Assembly (NCBI GenBank): GCA_035936495.1
Contig: DASYWB010000112.1
Coordinates: 1-44,318, forward strand
DNA length: 44,318 nucleotides
Direction of reading: 5' to 3'
DNA from: Thermomicrobiales bacterium
GTDB taxonomy: Bacteria; Chloroflexota; Chloroflexia; Thermomicrobiales; UBA6265
Shown: piece after piece, positions 34,652 through 44,318 of the stretch
Position numbering within the stretch: the first letter of the stretch is position 1
How the letters are laid out: each line of letters starts with the position of its first letter
Notes under the pieces: generated by a model
The model's input: the letters and a program-made list of their open reading frames with translations, nothing else
What the model was told of the DNA's origin: nothing
Databases searched by the model: none
Position numbers and translations under genes: made by a program

Positions 34652-35614
34652 ATGGCAGTCGTCGCCACGATGGCGACCGGAACCAATTCGCGTTACGCGA
34701 GAGGAGAAACCGCCAGGCACCGGTTCATGTTTGCGTTGGTTGTCGCGCTGTTCGGGCTTGCCCTCGGGAGTCCCGCGGCGATTGCCCAAGACGGCACGCC
34801 GCCGGCGGGAGCCCCGCCCAATCTCACGTTTGCCGAGCCGCCGGACTATCCGGAACTCACGATCATGCTGACGAGTGAAGGCTATCAAGTGCCGGCGGAG
34901 GTCGAGGCCGGTCGTCTGCTGTTGACCTTCGAGAACCAGACCGACATGGAGTTCGCCGACGCCCAGCTCATGGCGGTGCCCGAGGGTATCTCGCTTGACG
35001 AGATCAAGGAGGTCTTGGCGAATCCCGATGCGGCGCCAGCATGGCTCTACGATGCGGTCTTCCCGGGCGGAGCACCGGCGCTTGCCGGCGGCACGGGGCA
35101 AGCTATTGTCGACCTGACGCCGGGTGAGTATGTCGTCACATCGACTGATCCGTCGCTGACTGAAGTCGCCGGTCTCCAGCCCTTCACAGTGGTCGAGGGA
35201 GAGGATCCCGCGGCTGCGGATGCACCCCCGGCGGATGTCACGGTGACGATGATCGACTTCGCGATCGAGCTGCCCCAAGGAATCTCGGCCGGTCCGCAAG
35301 TCTGGGAAGTGACTCACGAGGGAGACCACCCGCACTTCCGATCGATGATGCAGAGTCCGGAACCGATCACCGACGAGCAGATTCAAGCTATCCTCTCGGC
35401 GGAGATGGCCGGTGAGGCGCCTCCGGCGGACGGGCCAAACCCGGAGGAGTTCATGCCGGTCAGCTATGTCCCGGTCCTCTCGACGGGTGAGACGACGTGG
35501 ATACCGCTCGATTTGTCGCCCGGCTACTACGTCGTCGCCTGCTTCGTGCCGACCCAGACCGGCGATCCGCACGCGATGCTAGGCATGGTCACCTCCTTTG
35601 AGGTCGCCGCCTAG
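34652..35614 (+). CDS. secreted two-domain protein, C-terminal domain cupredoxin-like (tentative)
   Basis: The signal peptide is RHRFMFALVVALFGLALGSPAAIAQ. Two related domains end in GEYVVTSTD and GYYVVACFVPTQTGDPHAMLGM. The second has a His (VTHEGDHPHF) plus a C-x9-H-x4-M arrangement reminiscent of type-1 copper ligands. Confidence 0.6.
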   Translation: MAVVATMATGTNSRYARGETARHRFMFALVVALFGLALGSPAAIAQDGTPPAGAPPNLTFAEPPDYPELTIMLTSEGYQVPAEVEAGRLLLTFENQTDMEFADAQLMAVPEGISLDEIKEVLANPDAAPAWLYDAVFPGGAPALAGGTGQAIVDLTPGEYVVTSTDPSLTEVAGLQPFTVVEGEDPAAADAPPADVTVTMIDFAIELPQGISAGPQVWEVTHEGDHPHFRSMMQSPEPITDEQIQAILSAEMAGEAPPADGPNPEEFMPVSYVPVLSTGETTWIPLDLSPGYYVVACFVPTQTGDPHAMLGMVTSFEVAA

Positions 35615-35645
35615 CGAGGGCTCACCAGCCAAAAAGATATGGTGA

Positions 35646-35685
35646 AGGCCGCTGGGGAGGATCCCCGGCGGCCTCATTCGTTGGT
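35646..35685 (+). terminator. rho-independent-type terminator
   Basis: aggccgctgggga-gga-tccccggcggcct forms about 13 bp with one G-U pair. It is followed by cattcgtt and lies 32 nt after the stop at 35614. Confidence 0.5.
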
Positions 35686-35952
35686 CATGGTTGCTCCTCA
35701 TCTTGAGTTGCTTGGCACGAAATCTGTACCGGGGTAAGGAACGGCCCTGGCTTTGCATCGTACTGAGAGGCCGCGTGGCACGGGCCGGTGATGCAGCTGG
35801 AGGCCGGGCTGGCCTTGCCCAGCCCATACGATGTCGAGGGTTCCTAGTCGGTCGTAGGAGACGAACAGCCCTCCACACGGCCTCTGATACGGAATCCAGC
35901 TGAATGATCTCTAGCGACGGGCCGCCCGTGCCGGGGCGCCAATGCGTGACCA

Positions 35953-36498
35953 ATGGCTCGGAGTCGGTATGATGGCATGAGAGGAAGCGTCGTGTTCTTT
36001 GATAACGTCGGTGGTCTGGTCCGAGTCATCGTTGTCGGCCTACTGGCCTATACCTCCCTTATCGTCGTGCTGCGTGTCTCAGGCAAGCGTACCCTCTCCA
36101 AGATGAACGCCTTTGACCTCATCGTGACCGTCGCCCTCGGTTCGACCTTGGCCAGTGTCATCACGAGCAATCAAGTCGCGCTCGCGGAGGGCGTGCTCGC
36201 GCTGACGCTACTGATTAGCCTGCAGTACGCTGTTGCCTGGCTCTCCGTTCGATCGGAGAAGGTCGGCCACTTCGTCAAGTCCGAGCCGAGGTTGCTTTTC
36301 TACCGGGGCGAGTTCCTTCGCGACCAGATGCGCCGCGAACGGGTGGTCGAGGCCGAGGTTCGCCAGGCGATACGGCTTCAAGGTTCAGCCTCAACCTCGG
36401 AGGTCGAAGCTGTGGTCCTGGAAACGGACGGTTCGTTCTCCGTCATGAGCGCAACCGACCAGGATCCGACGGCGCTGCAGGGGGTTCAGGGGCGGTAA
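35953..36498 (+). CDS. DUF421-domain membrane protein (YetF-like)
   Basis: The pattern VLRVSGKRTLSKMNAFDLIVTVALGSTLASVI is followed by a soluble C-domain (EVRQAIRLQG...EAVVLETDGSFSV), typical of DUF421. Confidence 0.75.
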   Translation: MARSRYDGMRGSVVFFDNVGGLVRVIVVGLLAYTSLIVVLRVSGKRTLSKMNAFDLIVTVALGSTLASVITSNQVALAEGVLALTLLISLQYAVAWLSVRSEKVGHFVKSEPRLLFYRGEFLRDQMRRERVVEAEVRQAIRLQGSASTSEVEAVVLETDGSFSVMSATDQDPTALQGVQGR

Positions 36499-36756
36499 GC
36501 AGCAGGCGGCCAGGACGATCGTATCCCGTCGTTCCAAAGAAACCACCGCGGGTCCGCTGGTCATCGTTTTGATGTTGCCTGGCAAAGGGAAGTCTGGTGG
36601 TAGGAGAGCGGGCAGGGCGAATCCCGCCCCACTTGCGGGAATTCCTGGACGCCGGGCAGGGGCGGCCAGCCCGATGGGTCCGTCCAGAAGCATTCACCCG
36701 CAGTCAGTATCAACCGGCAGTGATCCGGGTTCCGCGTCGGCCTGGAAATGCTCCTC

Positions 36757-37641
36757 CTACTTGTTGTCTGGCTCGTGGTAGCGGGCCTGCACGTACTGGA
36801 GGAGGGTCTCGAAGACGAGGCCGCCGGCCATGTTGCCGACGAGTGCGGGGAGAAAGTTGCGTGTGAACCATTCTCCCGGCGTGATCGACGCGCCCAACAG
36901 CATCGCCATGAAGATCTCAGCGGCCGAGATGACGACGTGATTGAATTGCCCCAGGACGATCAAGGTTCCGATGATCCAAATCATCACGAGGCGTGGTCCC
37001 ATCCCGTCCGCCGCGAGCAATAGCCACGTGAGGACGGTGATCAGCCAGCCCGCGAAGAGCGCCTTGATGAACGCGGTGAGTAACCCGTACTCCACTTTAT
37101 GTTCCGCCAGTGCCCGCAATTCCTCCACCGCACGGGCGGACAAGACATCACCACGCGAGACGAGAAAGGCGAAGACCAATACCCCGATCAGATTTCCGCT
37201 CAGGCTGACCGCCCACAGCGCCGATAGCTGACGCAAGGTACCGCGGTCCTTCAATACACCCGTGACCGGTAGCAGAAAGTTCTCGGTGAAGAGCTCACTC
37301 TTACCGACGAGCAGGATGACGAACCCGACTGGAAAGACCAGCGCTCCGATCAGCAGGGCTGGTGATGATGCGGCCAGCCCACCTCCCATGGCGCCGGCGG
37401 CCGTGACCATGGCCACCGCACCAAAGCATACGCTCATGCCGCCGATGAAGGAGGTGATCGCGTCACCCGCGAGCGGCCGCTCCAGCCTATGCGCGCCAAT
37501 CTTGGAAGCATCTTCGACGATCTCGGGCGCCTCCTGCCCGAGCGGTTTTGGCTCTTCGTCCTCGATCCTGGTTGTCTCGTCGATCTGATCCGCTGTCGCC
37601 CCGTCGGCACGGTCATCTCGTCGCCGCGCGATCCCCGCCAT
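36757..37641 (-). CDS. formate/nitrite transporter (FNT) family channel
   Basis: The motifs are LVGKSELFTENF and GQFNHVVISAAE (FNT signatures) across six TM helices. It has an acidic N-terminal extension. Confidence 0.85.
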   Translation of the reverse strand: MAGIARRRDDRADGATADQIDETTRIEDEEPKPLGQEAPEIVEDASKIGAHRLERPLAGDAITSFIGGMSVCFGAVAMVTAAGAMGGGLAASSPALLIGALVFPVGFVILLVGKSELFTENFLLPVTGVLKDRGTLRQLSALWAVSLSGNLIGVLVFAFLVSRGDVLSARAVEELRALAEHKVEYGLLTAFIKALFAGWLITVLTWLLLAADGMGPRLVMIWIIGTLIVLGQFNHVVISAAEIFMAMLLGASITPGEWFTRNFLPALVGNMAGGLVFETLLQYVQARYHEPDNK

Positions 37642-37771
37642 GCCGTCGTTTCCCTTCCTATCCAGGCGCTATCAGGCTCTGCCGGCAGGGCCAACGCAAG
37701 CACGGTGCCCGACCCGCGCTTGGTCTGGCCATAGGACTACGATCATAGGCTCGGGCGCCGCTAATAACATG

Positions 37772-38038
37772 CTACGGCGAGGCGGGGGGAACCGGCGCCA
37801 GGGTAACGGGTGGCCGGAGCAGCCCCGCTGTCGGGATATCGGAAGGAGTGGGGAAAAGGCCACGCCACTGGGAGGGAACCTTTGTCGCTGACGCTGTCGC
37901 CGCGGGCGCGAGGGTTGGGGTAGGCAGCGCCGCGGTCTCATCCACCTGTCCCGCGGTAATGAACCACGCGCCGAAGAGCAGCGCATAGACCACAATTACG
38001 ACCACGAGCGCGACGGTCCCGCCGCGTCCTTCTGTCAT
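37772..38038 (-). CDS. small hypothetical membrane-anchored Pro-rich protein (88 aa)
   Basis: It has one TM helix (VALVVVIVVYALLFGAWFI) followed by a Pro/Ala/Thr-rich tail. GC3 looks coding, the SD is weak and no family is recognised. Confidence 0.3.
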   Translation of the reverse strand: MTEGRGGTVALVVVIVVYALLFGAWFITAGQVDETAALPTPTLAPAATASATKVPSQWRGLFPTPSDIPTAGLLRPPVTLAPVPPASP

Positions 38039-38076
38039 ACGGACGCCGTCATTGCCCGGGCCGGGGCCACGGAAAG

Positions 38077-38127
38077 CCCTTCCCCCGATTTCGGGAGGGG
38101 GGTTGGGTCTCGGAACTCAGAGGGGGC
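38077..38127 (+). repeat. intergenic hairpin-plus-tail repeat, copy 2
   Basis: cccttcccccg-attt-cgggagggggg is followed by ttgggtctcggaactcagagggggc, in the same orientation as copy 1. The tail matches at 21 of 25 positions. The stem is kept mostly through G-U pairs when read on the plus strand. It lies just downstream of clpX. Confidence 0.6.
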
Positions 38128-38163
38128 AGTTCAACACCGGCCATCTATCGATCTCGACAGCCG

Positions 38164-39408
<1,245 letters not shown>

Positions 39409-39476
39409 CCGCCCACCTCGCGCTGGTCAACCCTTATCCGGCACTCTCCGCCCCGGTTGCTCTTCGCCGGGAAGAG

Positions 39477-40124
39477 CTAGGTTCGATTCGTTCCGTTGAC
39501 GCCCGCCGCGGCCGCGCCAACCACATTGGCTGGCTCCAACACTTCATCGACAAGTCCGTACTGCTTGGCTTCTTCAGCCGTCATGTAGTAGTCACGCTCG
39601 GTGTCCCGCTTGACCTTGTCGTAGTCCTGGCCCGAGTGCTGGGCAAGGATCTCGGTCAGCTTGGTGGTCAAACTCAACGTCTCGCGGGCCGCGACTTCGA
39701 TATCCGGGACGTTGCCGCGGAATCCAGCCGAGCCTTGGTGAATCATCACCCGGGCATTCGGGAGCGCGAAGCGCTTGCCCTTGGTCCCGCCGGCCAGCAA
39801 CACGGCCGCCATGCTGGCGCCCATACCCATGCAGAAGGTTGAAACATCGGGCTTCACCATCTGCATCGTATCATAGATGGCGAGCCCGGAATAGACGACG
39901 CCACCCGGCGAATTGATGTAGAGCCGGATATCCTGCTCGGGATCTTCATGCGCCAAGAAAAGCATCTGGGCGATGATCAGGTTCGCGATCTGGTCGTCGA
40001 CCGGCGTGCCCAGAAAGATGATGCGGTCCTTCAGGAGCCGCGAGTAGATATCGAAGGCGCGCTCGCCCCGGTTGGTGCTCTCGACCACCATCGGCACTAA
40101 GTTCTCGATCTTGGGGATTTCCAT
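39477..40124 (-). CDS. clpP: ATP-dependent Clp protease proteolytic subunit
   Basis: The motifs are [24 protein letters not shown], the catalytic Ser in [10 protein letters not shown] and the His in VMIHQ. Confidence 0.95.
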   Translation of the reverse strand: MEIPKIENLVPMVVESTNRGERAFDIYSRLLKDRIIFLGTPVDDQIANLIIAQMLFLAHEDPEQDIRLYINSPGGVVYSGLAIYDTMQMVKPDVSTFCMGMGASMAAVLLAGGTKGKRFALPNARVMIHQGSAGFRGNVPDIEVAARETLSLTTKLTEILAQHSGQDYDKVKRDTERDYYMTAEEAKQYGLVDEVLEPANVVGAAAAGVNGTNRT

Positions 40125-40361
40125 GGCTGTCGTGACCTCGCCTTTCTTCGTTGTCCTTCGTGGTTCTAATCTTCGCTCGTCGCCTGGGGTGTGAGGGCTT
40201 GCCCGAGGTCTGTCATATCTCGTGCCTCACTGAATGATACTCTGAGCCCGCAATGCGGCTACTATCCATCCGTGGAGGTCACGCGCGGTTTCCGGCAGGC
40301 GTGCGCCATCTTCACAACGATCGCACGACCATGGGCGCGAGCGATGGTCTATGGCCCAGGG

Positions 40362-41978
40362 TTAGGCCGTTGGATTCGGTAAAGCGCCACCATCGCCAGG
40401 TTCGCCTCGCGCCTCGTGCTCCTCGGGCGTGACGGCGCTGGACGGAGCCTCGTCCGCTACCGCCTCGTTCTCCGCCTCGTGCCCAACCGAGGCCGCCTGC
40501 TCGACGTCGCTGGCCCTGCCTTCGCTGGCGACCTCGCTCACGCTCACGGCGGCATCAGGATCCTCGCTGGTAGCCGTCGCGGCGATGTCGCCGGGCTGCC
40601 CCTCCATGACCCCGGTGGTCAAGGCTGCATCCGTTCCGCTGTCGCCATCTCCCACCGCCGGCTCGGGAGGCACCCAGCCGTTGATTGCCGCGCCGCGCCC
40701 TTCGGTGGCAATCTCGATGAGACGATCGCTCACGCGCTGCTCAAAGAGCTGGTTGCGCAATATGCGCGTGAAGTATTCGCCGCTGTAGACCTCACGCATC
40801 CGATCCGCTTCGGCGGCACCCTCGGCCATGCGATCGATTACCGCCTCGACATCGGCATCCGTGACCTCGATGCCCTCCCGCTCGGCGATCGTCCGCAGCA
40901 CGAGGGAGTTCCGTAACCGCTTCGCGGCCTCGGGCCGCATCTCGGCGCGCATCTCCTCCTCGGACTGGCCGACCTGGCGGAGATACGTCTCGAGCGGCAT
41001 GCGCTGCTGAGCGAGACGGCCGCGCAGGCTGTTCACGTCGCTCTCGACCGCTTCGTCGACCATGACGGAGGGCAAGTCGACCGTTGCTCCCTCCGCCATC
41101 TGACGAATGATCTCGTCGAGGACCTCGCCGCGTGCTTCGCTCGTCTTCCCTTGGTGCAGGTCTTCGCGAATCTCGCGCTTCAGCTCGTCGAGCGTCTCCG
41201 CCTCGCCAACCGTCTGGGCAAACTCGTCGTTCAACTCCAGCAGGTCACGCTCTTTGAGCCCACGCAGGGTGACGGTGTAGGTCAGCGTCTTCCCCCGGAT
41301 GCTCTCGTTGACGGATTCGTCGTCCGCGGCGAACGTCAGGTCGAACGTTCGGGTCTCATCAACCTGCATCTGCTCAAGTTGCTCGCGTAACCCGGTGAAG
41401 AGATTGCTCTCGCCAATGATGAACTCGGCACCCTCGATAGGCTCCTGGAACTGCTCTTCCCCCTCGACAACCGAGATGTCAACCGTGACCTGGTCGCCCT
41501 CGTGAGGGGTCCGGGGCTCCGCCGGATCGACCCAGGGGCTCTGGCTCGTCCGCAGGCGCTCCACCACCTCGTCCACCGCCGACTCGTCGATGCTCGCGTC
41601 GACGGGCTCGACCCGGACCTCGGTGTAGGGACCAGGATCGATGTCGGGGTAAACCGGTATGGTAACGGTGAAGCCGACCGGTTCGATCGCGGTAATATCG
41701 ACCTCTGGCGCGCCGACCGGGCTCAGCGATTCCTGCTCCAGTGCCCGGCGATAGAGATCATCCATGACCTCCTTGTGCGCCTCTTCGAGGAAGATCGACC
41801 GGCCATAGTACCGCTCGATCATCACCCGCGGCGCCTTGCCCTTGCGGAACCCAGGGAGGCTGATCTCCCGCGAGACCTTGCGATAGGCCCGGTCCATCGC
41901 CTTGCCGAACTCATCCTCGTCCGCGGTGATATCGAGCCGAACCTGGCTCTCGGGCAGCCGCTCAACAGTCAGCTTCAC
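40362..41978 (-). CDS. tig: trigger factor with about 100-aa acidic C-terminal extension
   Basis: It has the ribosome-binding motif PGFRKGKAPR, an FKBP-type middle domain and a C-terminal arm. It lies directly upstream of clpP-clpX, the canonical order. Confidence 0.9.
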   Translation of the reverse strand: MKLTVERLPESQVRLDITADEDEFGKAMDRAYRKVSREISLPGFRKGKAPRVMIERYYGRSIFLEEAHKEVMDDLYRRALEQESLSPVGAPEVDITAIEPVGFTVTIPVYPDIDPGPYTEVRVEPVDASIDESAVDEVVERLRTSQSPWVDPAEPRTPHEGDQVTVDISVVEGEEQFQEPIEGAEFIIGESNLFTGLREQLEQMQVDETRTFDLTFAADDESVNESIRGKTLTYTVTLRGLKERDLLELNDEFAQTVGEAETLDELKREIREDLHQGKTSEARGEVLDEIIRQMAEGATVDLPSVMVDEAVESDVNSLRGRLAQQRMPLETYLRQVGQSEEEMRAEMRPEAAKRLRNSLVLRTIAEREGIEVTDADVEAVIDRMAEGAAEADRMREVYSGEYFTRILRNQLFEQRVSDRLIEIATEGRGAAINGWVPPEPAVGDGDSGTDAALTTGVMEGQPGDIAATATSEDPDAAVSVSEVASEGRASDVEQAASVGHEAENEAVADEAPSSAVTPEEHEARGEPGDGGALPNPTA

Positions 41979-42496
41979 GCTTGTCCAATCCTCATGTTAA
42001 CTGAAATGCTCTGGCGTCCCGGTCAATGCGATGCGGAGAGCGGAGACGCACCGAAGAAAACCATCCCTAAGACCCCGGAGTATACCAGAGGGGCAGGAGC
42101 GGCCGAGAAGCGGCCCCATCCCACCTTCCATAATCCACCGCCGCGGGGACAGATGCCGATTCGATAATAATGAGGCTAGACCAATCAAGCGACATACTTT
42201 GCATGGCTTCGCACCCTCTATCACCGTCGGTGACACGGAGTCACAGCCTCCACACCTATTGCGATGTGGCTATGCTAGATGCTAAGGTGCGTATAGCTTA
42301 CGGCGTGACAGAGGCGATGCTTCCGTCACGCCGTACCCCGCTCCCGCATCGCGAAGGCTCTTGAGGCGATCACCGGCTCGTCCGAGCGGTCGCCCCGTGT
42401 CGGAATTGGCTACCCGACACCAGCCGAATTTTGGATATCCGTTCAGACGCGCGGCCCGGCGAGATCGCGGCACGCCAACCATGGGGGAGAGGGCGA

Positions 42497-44233
42497 GTGA
42501 AGAGCGTGTTTGGGCGGAAGCGGCGCGGCCAGACAAGAACCGGCGCTGACTGGCGATCCCGGCTCGTCGCATTGACGCTGACCGGCGCCCTGGCGTTGGC
42601 CGGCGTGGTCCAACCCGTGCTGACACCCAGTGTCGCGTTCGCGTCGAACCACACGGCGCGCATTACCGGCGACGATGGCGTCCTCCTCCGGGCGAAGCCG
42701 TCGTTCGGCGGCGAGGTCCTCGACGCGCTCGCGGAGGGGACCACGGTCGAACTCAGGATTGACGAGGCTGATACGGTCCTCGACCCGGATGGCGCGACCC
42801 GCTGGTGGCCCATTCGCGTCCACGGCCAAGATGGCTGGGTGGCGGGGTACTTCCTCGATACCGCCATCGCGCCAGCCGGGGAGAGCGCGACGAGGGAGAG
42901 GCCTGCCGACCCGACCATGGTACCGGAGGACGGTCCACCACCCGCGGCACCCGAGCGCGCCTCGGTGCCACAAGGCGCGACCGCCCGCGTCGATGATCCG
43001 GAAGGGGTCAACCTCCGCGCTGAGCCGAGCACAGACTCCGAAGTCCTGGCGCCACTCGCCGCGGGGACGATCGTCGAGCTCCGTCTCGATGAGACGGATA
43101 CCGTCGTCAAAGGCAACGTCCGCTGGTGGCCCGTCCGGGTCTATGGTGAAGACGGCTGGATCGCCGGCGAGTATTTGGCTGACGATGCTGAGCCAGGCGA
43201 AGCGCCGCCGCCCGCCACCGAGAGGGAGCCGGTGGCAGAACAGCCGGCGCGGGACCCGGTGACGTTCCGCACGGGCCAATACGTCGCCGCCGATGCGAGT
43301 GACGGCCTAAACATCCGGGCGGAGGGCGCTCCCGGCGCCGCACCCGTCGGTTTTGTCGCGGGTGGCGAGATCGTCCAGGTGATGGATGGCCCAGCCGGCT
43401 TCGAAAACAGCATCAACGGCTGGTATCTGATCACCACCGGCGACGTGACGGGCTACGTCGATGGGGACCTGCTCCGAGCCGCCGAGCAACCCGCGCCTCC
43501 CGCCGAGGTTGAGGCGGCGCCCACTCCCCCCCGCCAGGCGGCCACCTTCGGCGCGGGCGATATCGTTTCGCCCGCGGATGGCGACGGGTTGAACATTCGC
43601 GCCGATGCGTCGACCGACGGCGAGGTCGTGGCATCGCTCGCGCCGGACGCGGTCATCGAGATTGTCGGCGAAGCGGCCTACGACGGGGAGGGCAATGTCT
43701 GGTATCCAGTCGTTGCCGACGAGCTCACCGGCTACGCGGCGGGAGCGTTCCTCGTCGCGGCCGCCGCCCGGCCAGTTCCGACAGAGGCGCCGCCCCCGCC
43801 CGCTCCGGTCCAGGGCACGGCCACGGGCACGTTCATGATGCCCGTGGATGGCTACACCTTTACGCAACCCTACGGCTGCAGCCCCTACGCCTTCGAGCCC
43901 TGGAACGGCAACCTGGGCTGCAATTTCCATAACGGCATCGACCTCGCGGCACCGTCCTACACGCCGATCGTGGCAAGCGATGGCGGGATCGTCAAATACG
44001 CCGGCTGGTGTGATTGCGGGCTCGGGTACTACGTCGAGATCGACCATGGCAACGGCTTCGGGACCGTCTATGGTCACATGGCTGAGATGCCCTACGTGGC
44101 CACCGGCCAGGCGGTCAACCAGGGCGATGTGGTTGGACCGATGGGCAGCACCGGTATCTCGACCGGTCCCCACGTCCACTTCATGCTCAAGCTCAACGGC
44201 AGCACCATCGATCCACTCGGCTACGTCGGCTAA
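42497..44233 (+). CDS. secreted cell-wall hydrolase: four SH3b-type repeats plus C-terminal M23 metallopeptidase
   Basis: The GTG at 42497 follows GGGGAGAGGG. The signal/TM segment is RLVALTLTGALALAGVV. Four roughly 70-aa repeats follow the pattern GVNLRAEPS...VL..L..G..VEL......WW.V...G.DGW.AG.YL. The M23 motifs are HNGIDLAAP and GSTGISTGPHVHF. Confidence 0.85.
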   Translation: MKSVFGRKRRGQTRTGADWRSRLVALTLTGALALAGVVQPVLTPSVAFASNHTARITGDDGVLLRAKPSFGGEVLDALAEGTTVELRIDEADTVLDPDGATRWWPIRVHGQDGWVAGYFLDTAIAPAGESATRERPADPTMVPEDGPPPAAPERASVPQGATARVDDPEGVNLRAEPSTDSEVLAPLAAGTIVELRLDETDTVVKGNVRWWPVRVYGEDGWIAGEYLADDAEPGEAPPPATEREPVAEQPARDPVTFRTGQYVAADASDGLNIRAEGAPGAAPVGFVAGGEIVQVMDGPAGFENSINGWYLITTGDVTGYVDGDLLRAAEQPAPPAEVEAAPTPPRQAATFGAGDIVSPADGDGLNIRADASTDGEVVASLAPDAVIEIVGEAAYDGEGNVWYPVVADELTGYAAGAFLVAAAARPVPTEAPPPPAPVQGTATGTFMMPVDGYTFTQPYGCSPYAFEPWNGNLGCNFHNGIDLAAPSYTPIVASDGGIVKYAGWCDCGLGYYVEIDHGNGFGTVYGHMAEMPYVATGQAVNQGDVVGPMGSTGISTGPHVHFMLKLNGSTIDPLGYVG

Positions 44234-44279
44234 TCTGGGCTCCGGTAGCATGCGGTCGGATGGACCCATAAGGACAGCC

Positions 44280-44318
44280 ATGGCGCAGGGTGGGAAGTCC
44301 CGGCGCGACGCCCCCGGC
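44280..44318 (+). CDS. 5' end of an unidentified CDS truncated by the window edge
   Basis: AAGGA-N6-ATG at 44280 opens a frame (MAQGGKSRRDAPG...) that stays open to the end of the window. Confidence 0.3.
   Translation, partial: MAQGGKSRRDAPG

Noticed and set aside
33019-34686. 555-aa minus-strand ORF covering the Crp/Fnr and SDR genes
   Set aside because: It is antisense to two well-supported plus-strand genes and its sequence is low-complexity Arg/Asp/His-rich. The same reasoning rejects 19395-20276(-), 20897-21592(-), 38494-39357(+), 41502-42167(+), 42443-43279(-) and 43307-44281(-).

Overview
High-GC (about mid-60s percent by eye) bacterial chromosomal window with roughly 50 protein-coding genes. 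I found no rRNA, tRNA or CRISPR array. All family calls come from motifs read in the supplied translations, not from database searches. Start codons are provisional: GTG and TTG starts are common and GGAGG-type Shine-Dalgarno sites are strong. Many long ORFs in the track are antisense shadows typical of high-GC DNA and were discarded.

Housekeeping anchors:
- tig-clpP-clpX (38.1-42.0 kb, minus strand).
- tsaB-rimI-tsaD, followed by an IMPase-family gene, darA, an M20 peptidase and an HD hydrolase (12.5-18.3 kb, minus strand).
- A CUT1-type sugar ABC importer (18.4-21.8 kb, plus strand).
- An Fe(III)/thiamine-type ABC importer co-transcribed with a HAD hydrolase and tsaE (24.5-29.7 kb, minus strand).

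Regions that look accessory or unusual:
1. An 8-kb cluster (1.5-10.6 kb) combines pterin-branch enzymes (FolB, a PTPS/QueD-like protein lacking the usual catalytic Cys) with pyrimidine-branch enzymes (stand-alone GTP cyclohydrolase II, stand-alone RibD-C reductase). It also holds an MDR dehydrogenase, two SAM methyltransferases and two head-to-head GT4 glycosyltransferases.
2. A decayed island (10.6-12.5 kb) carries an IS630-family transposase relic and a 53-bp direct repeat.
3. An orphan mauE-mauD-mauA-like operon (21.9-24.4 kb) encodes a TAT-exported 13-cysteine mini-protein plus a polytopic membrane gene interrupted by an in-frame TGA. This is my best candidate for an undescribed system.
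4. A lower-GC patch (29.7-32.7 kb) has a pentapeptide-repeat protein, a 77-aa protein with a ThiS/MoaD-like C-terminal GG, and a Trp-rich orphan protein.

Two copies of a roughly 53-nt hairpin-plus-tail intergenic repeat occur at 21.8 kb and 38.1 kb. A 110-nt long-stem inverted repeat built from TCGGAAG heptamers lies downstream of darA.
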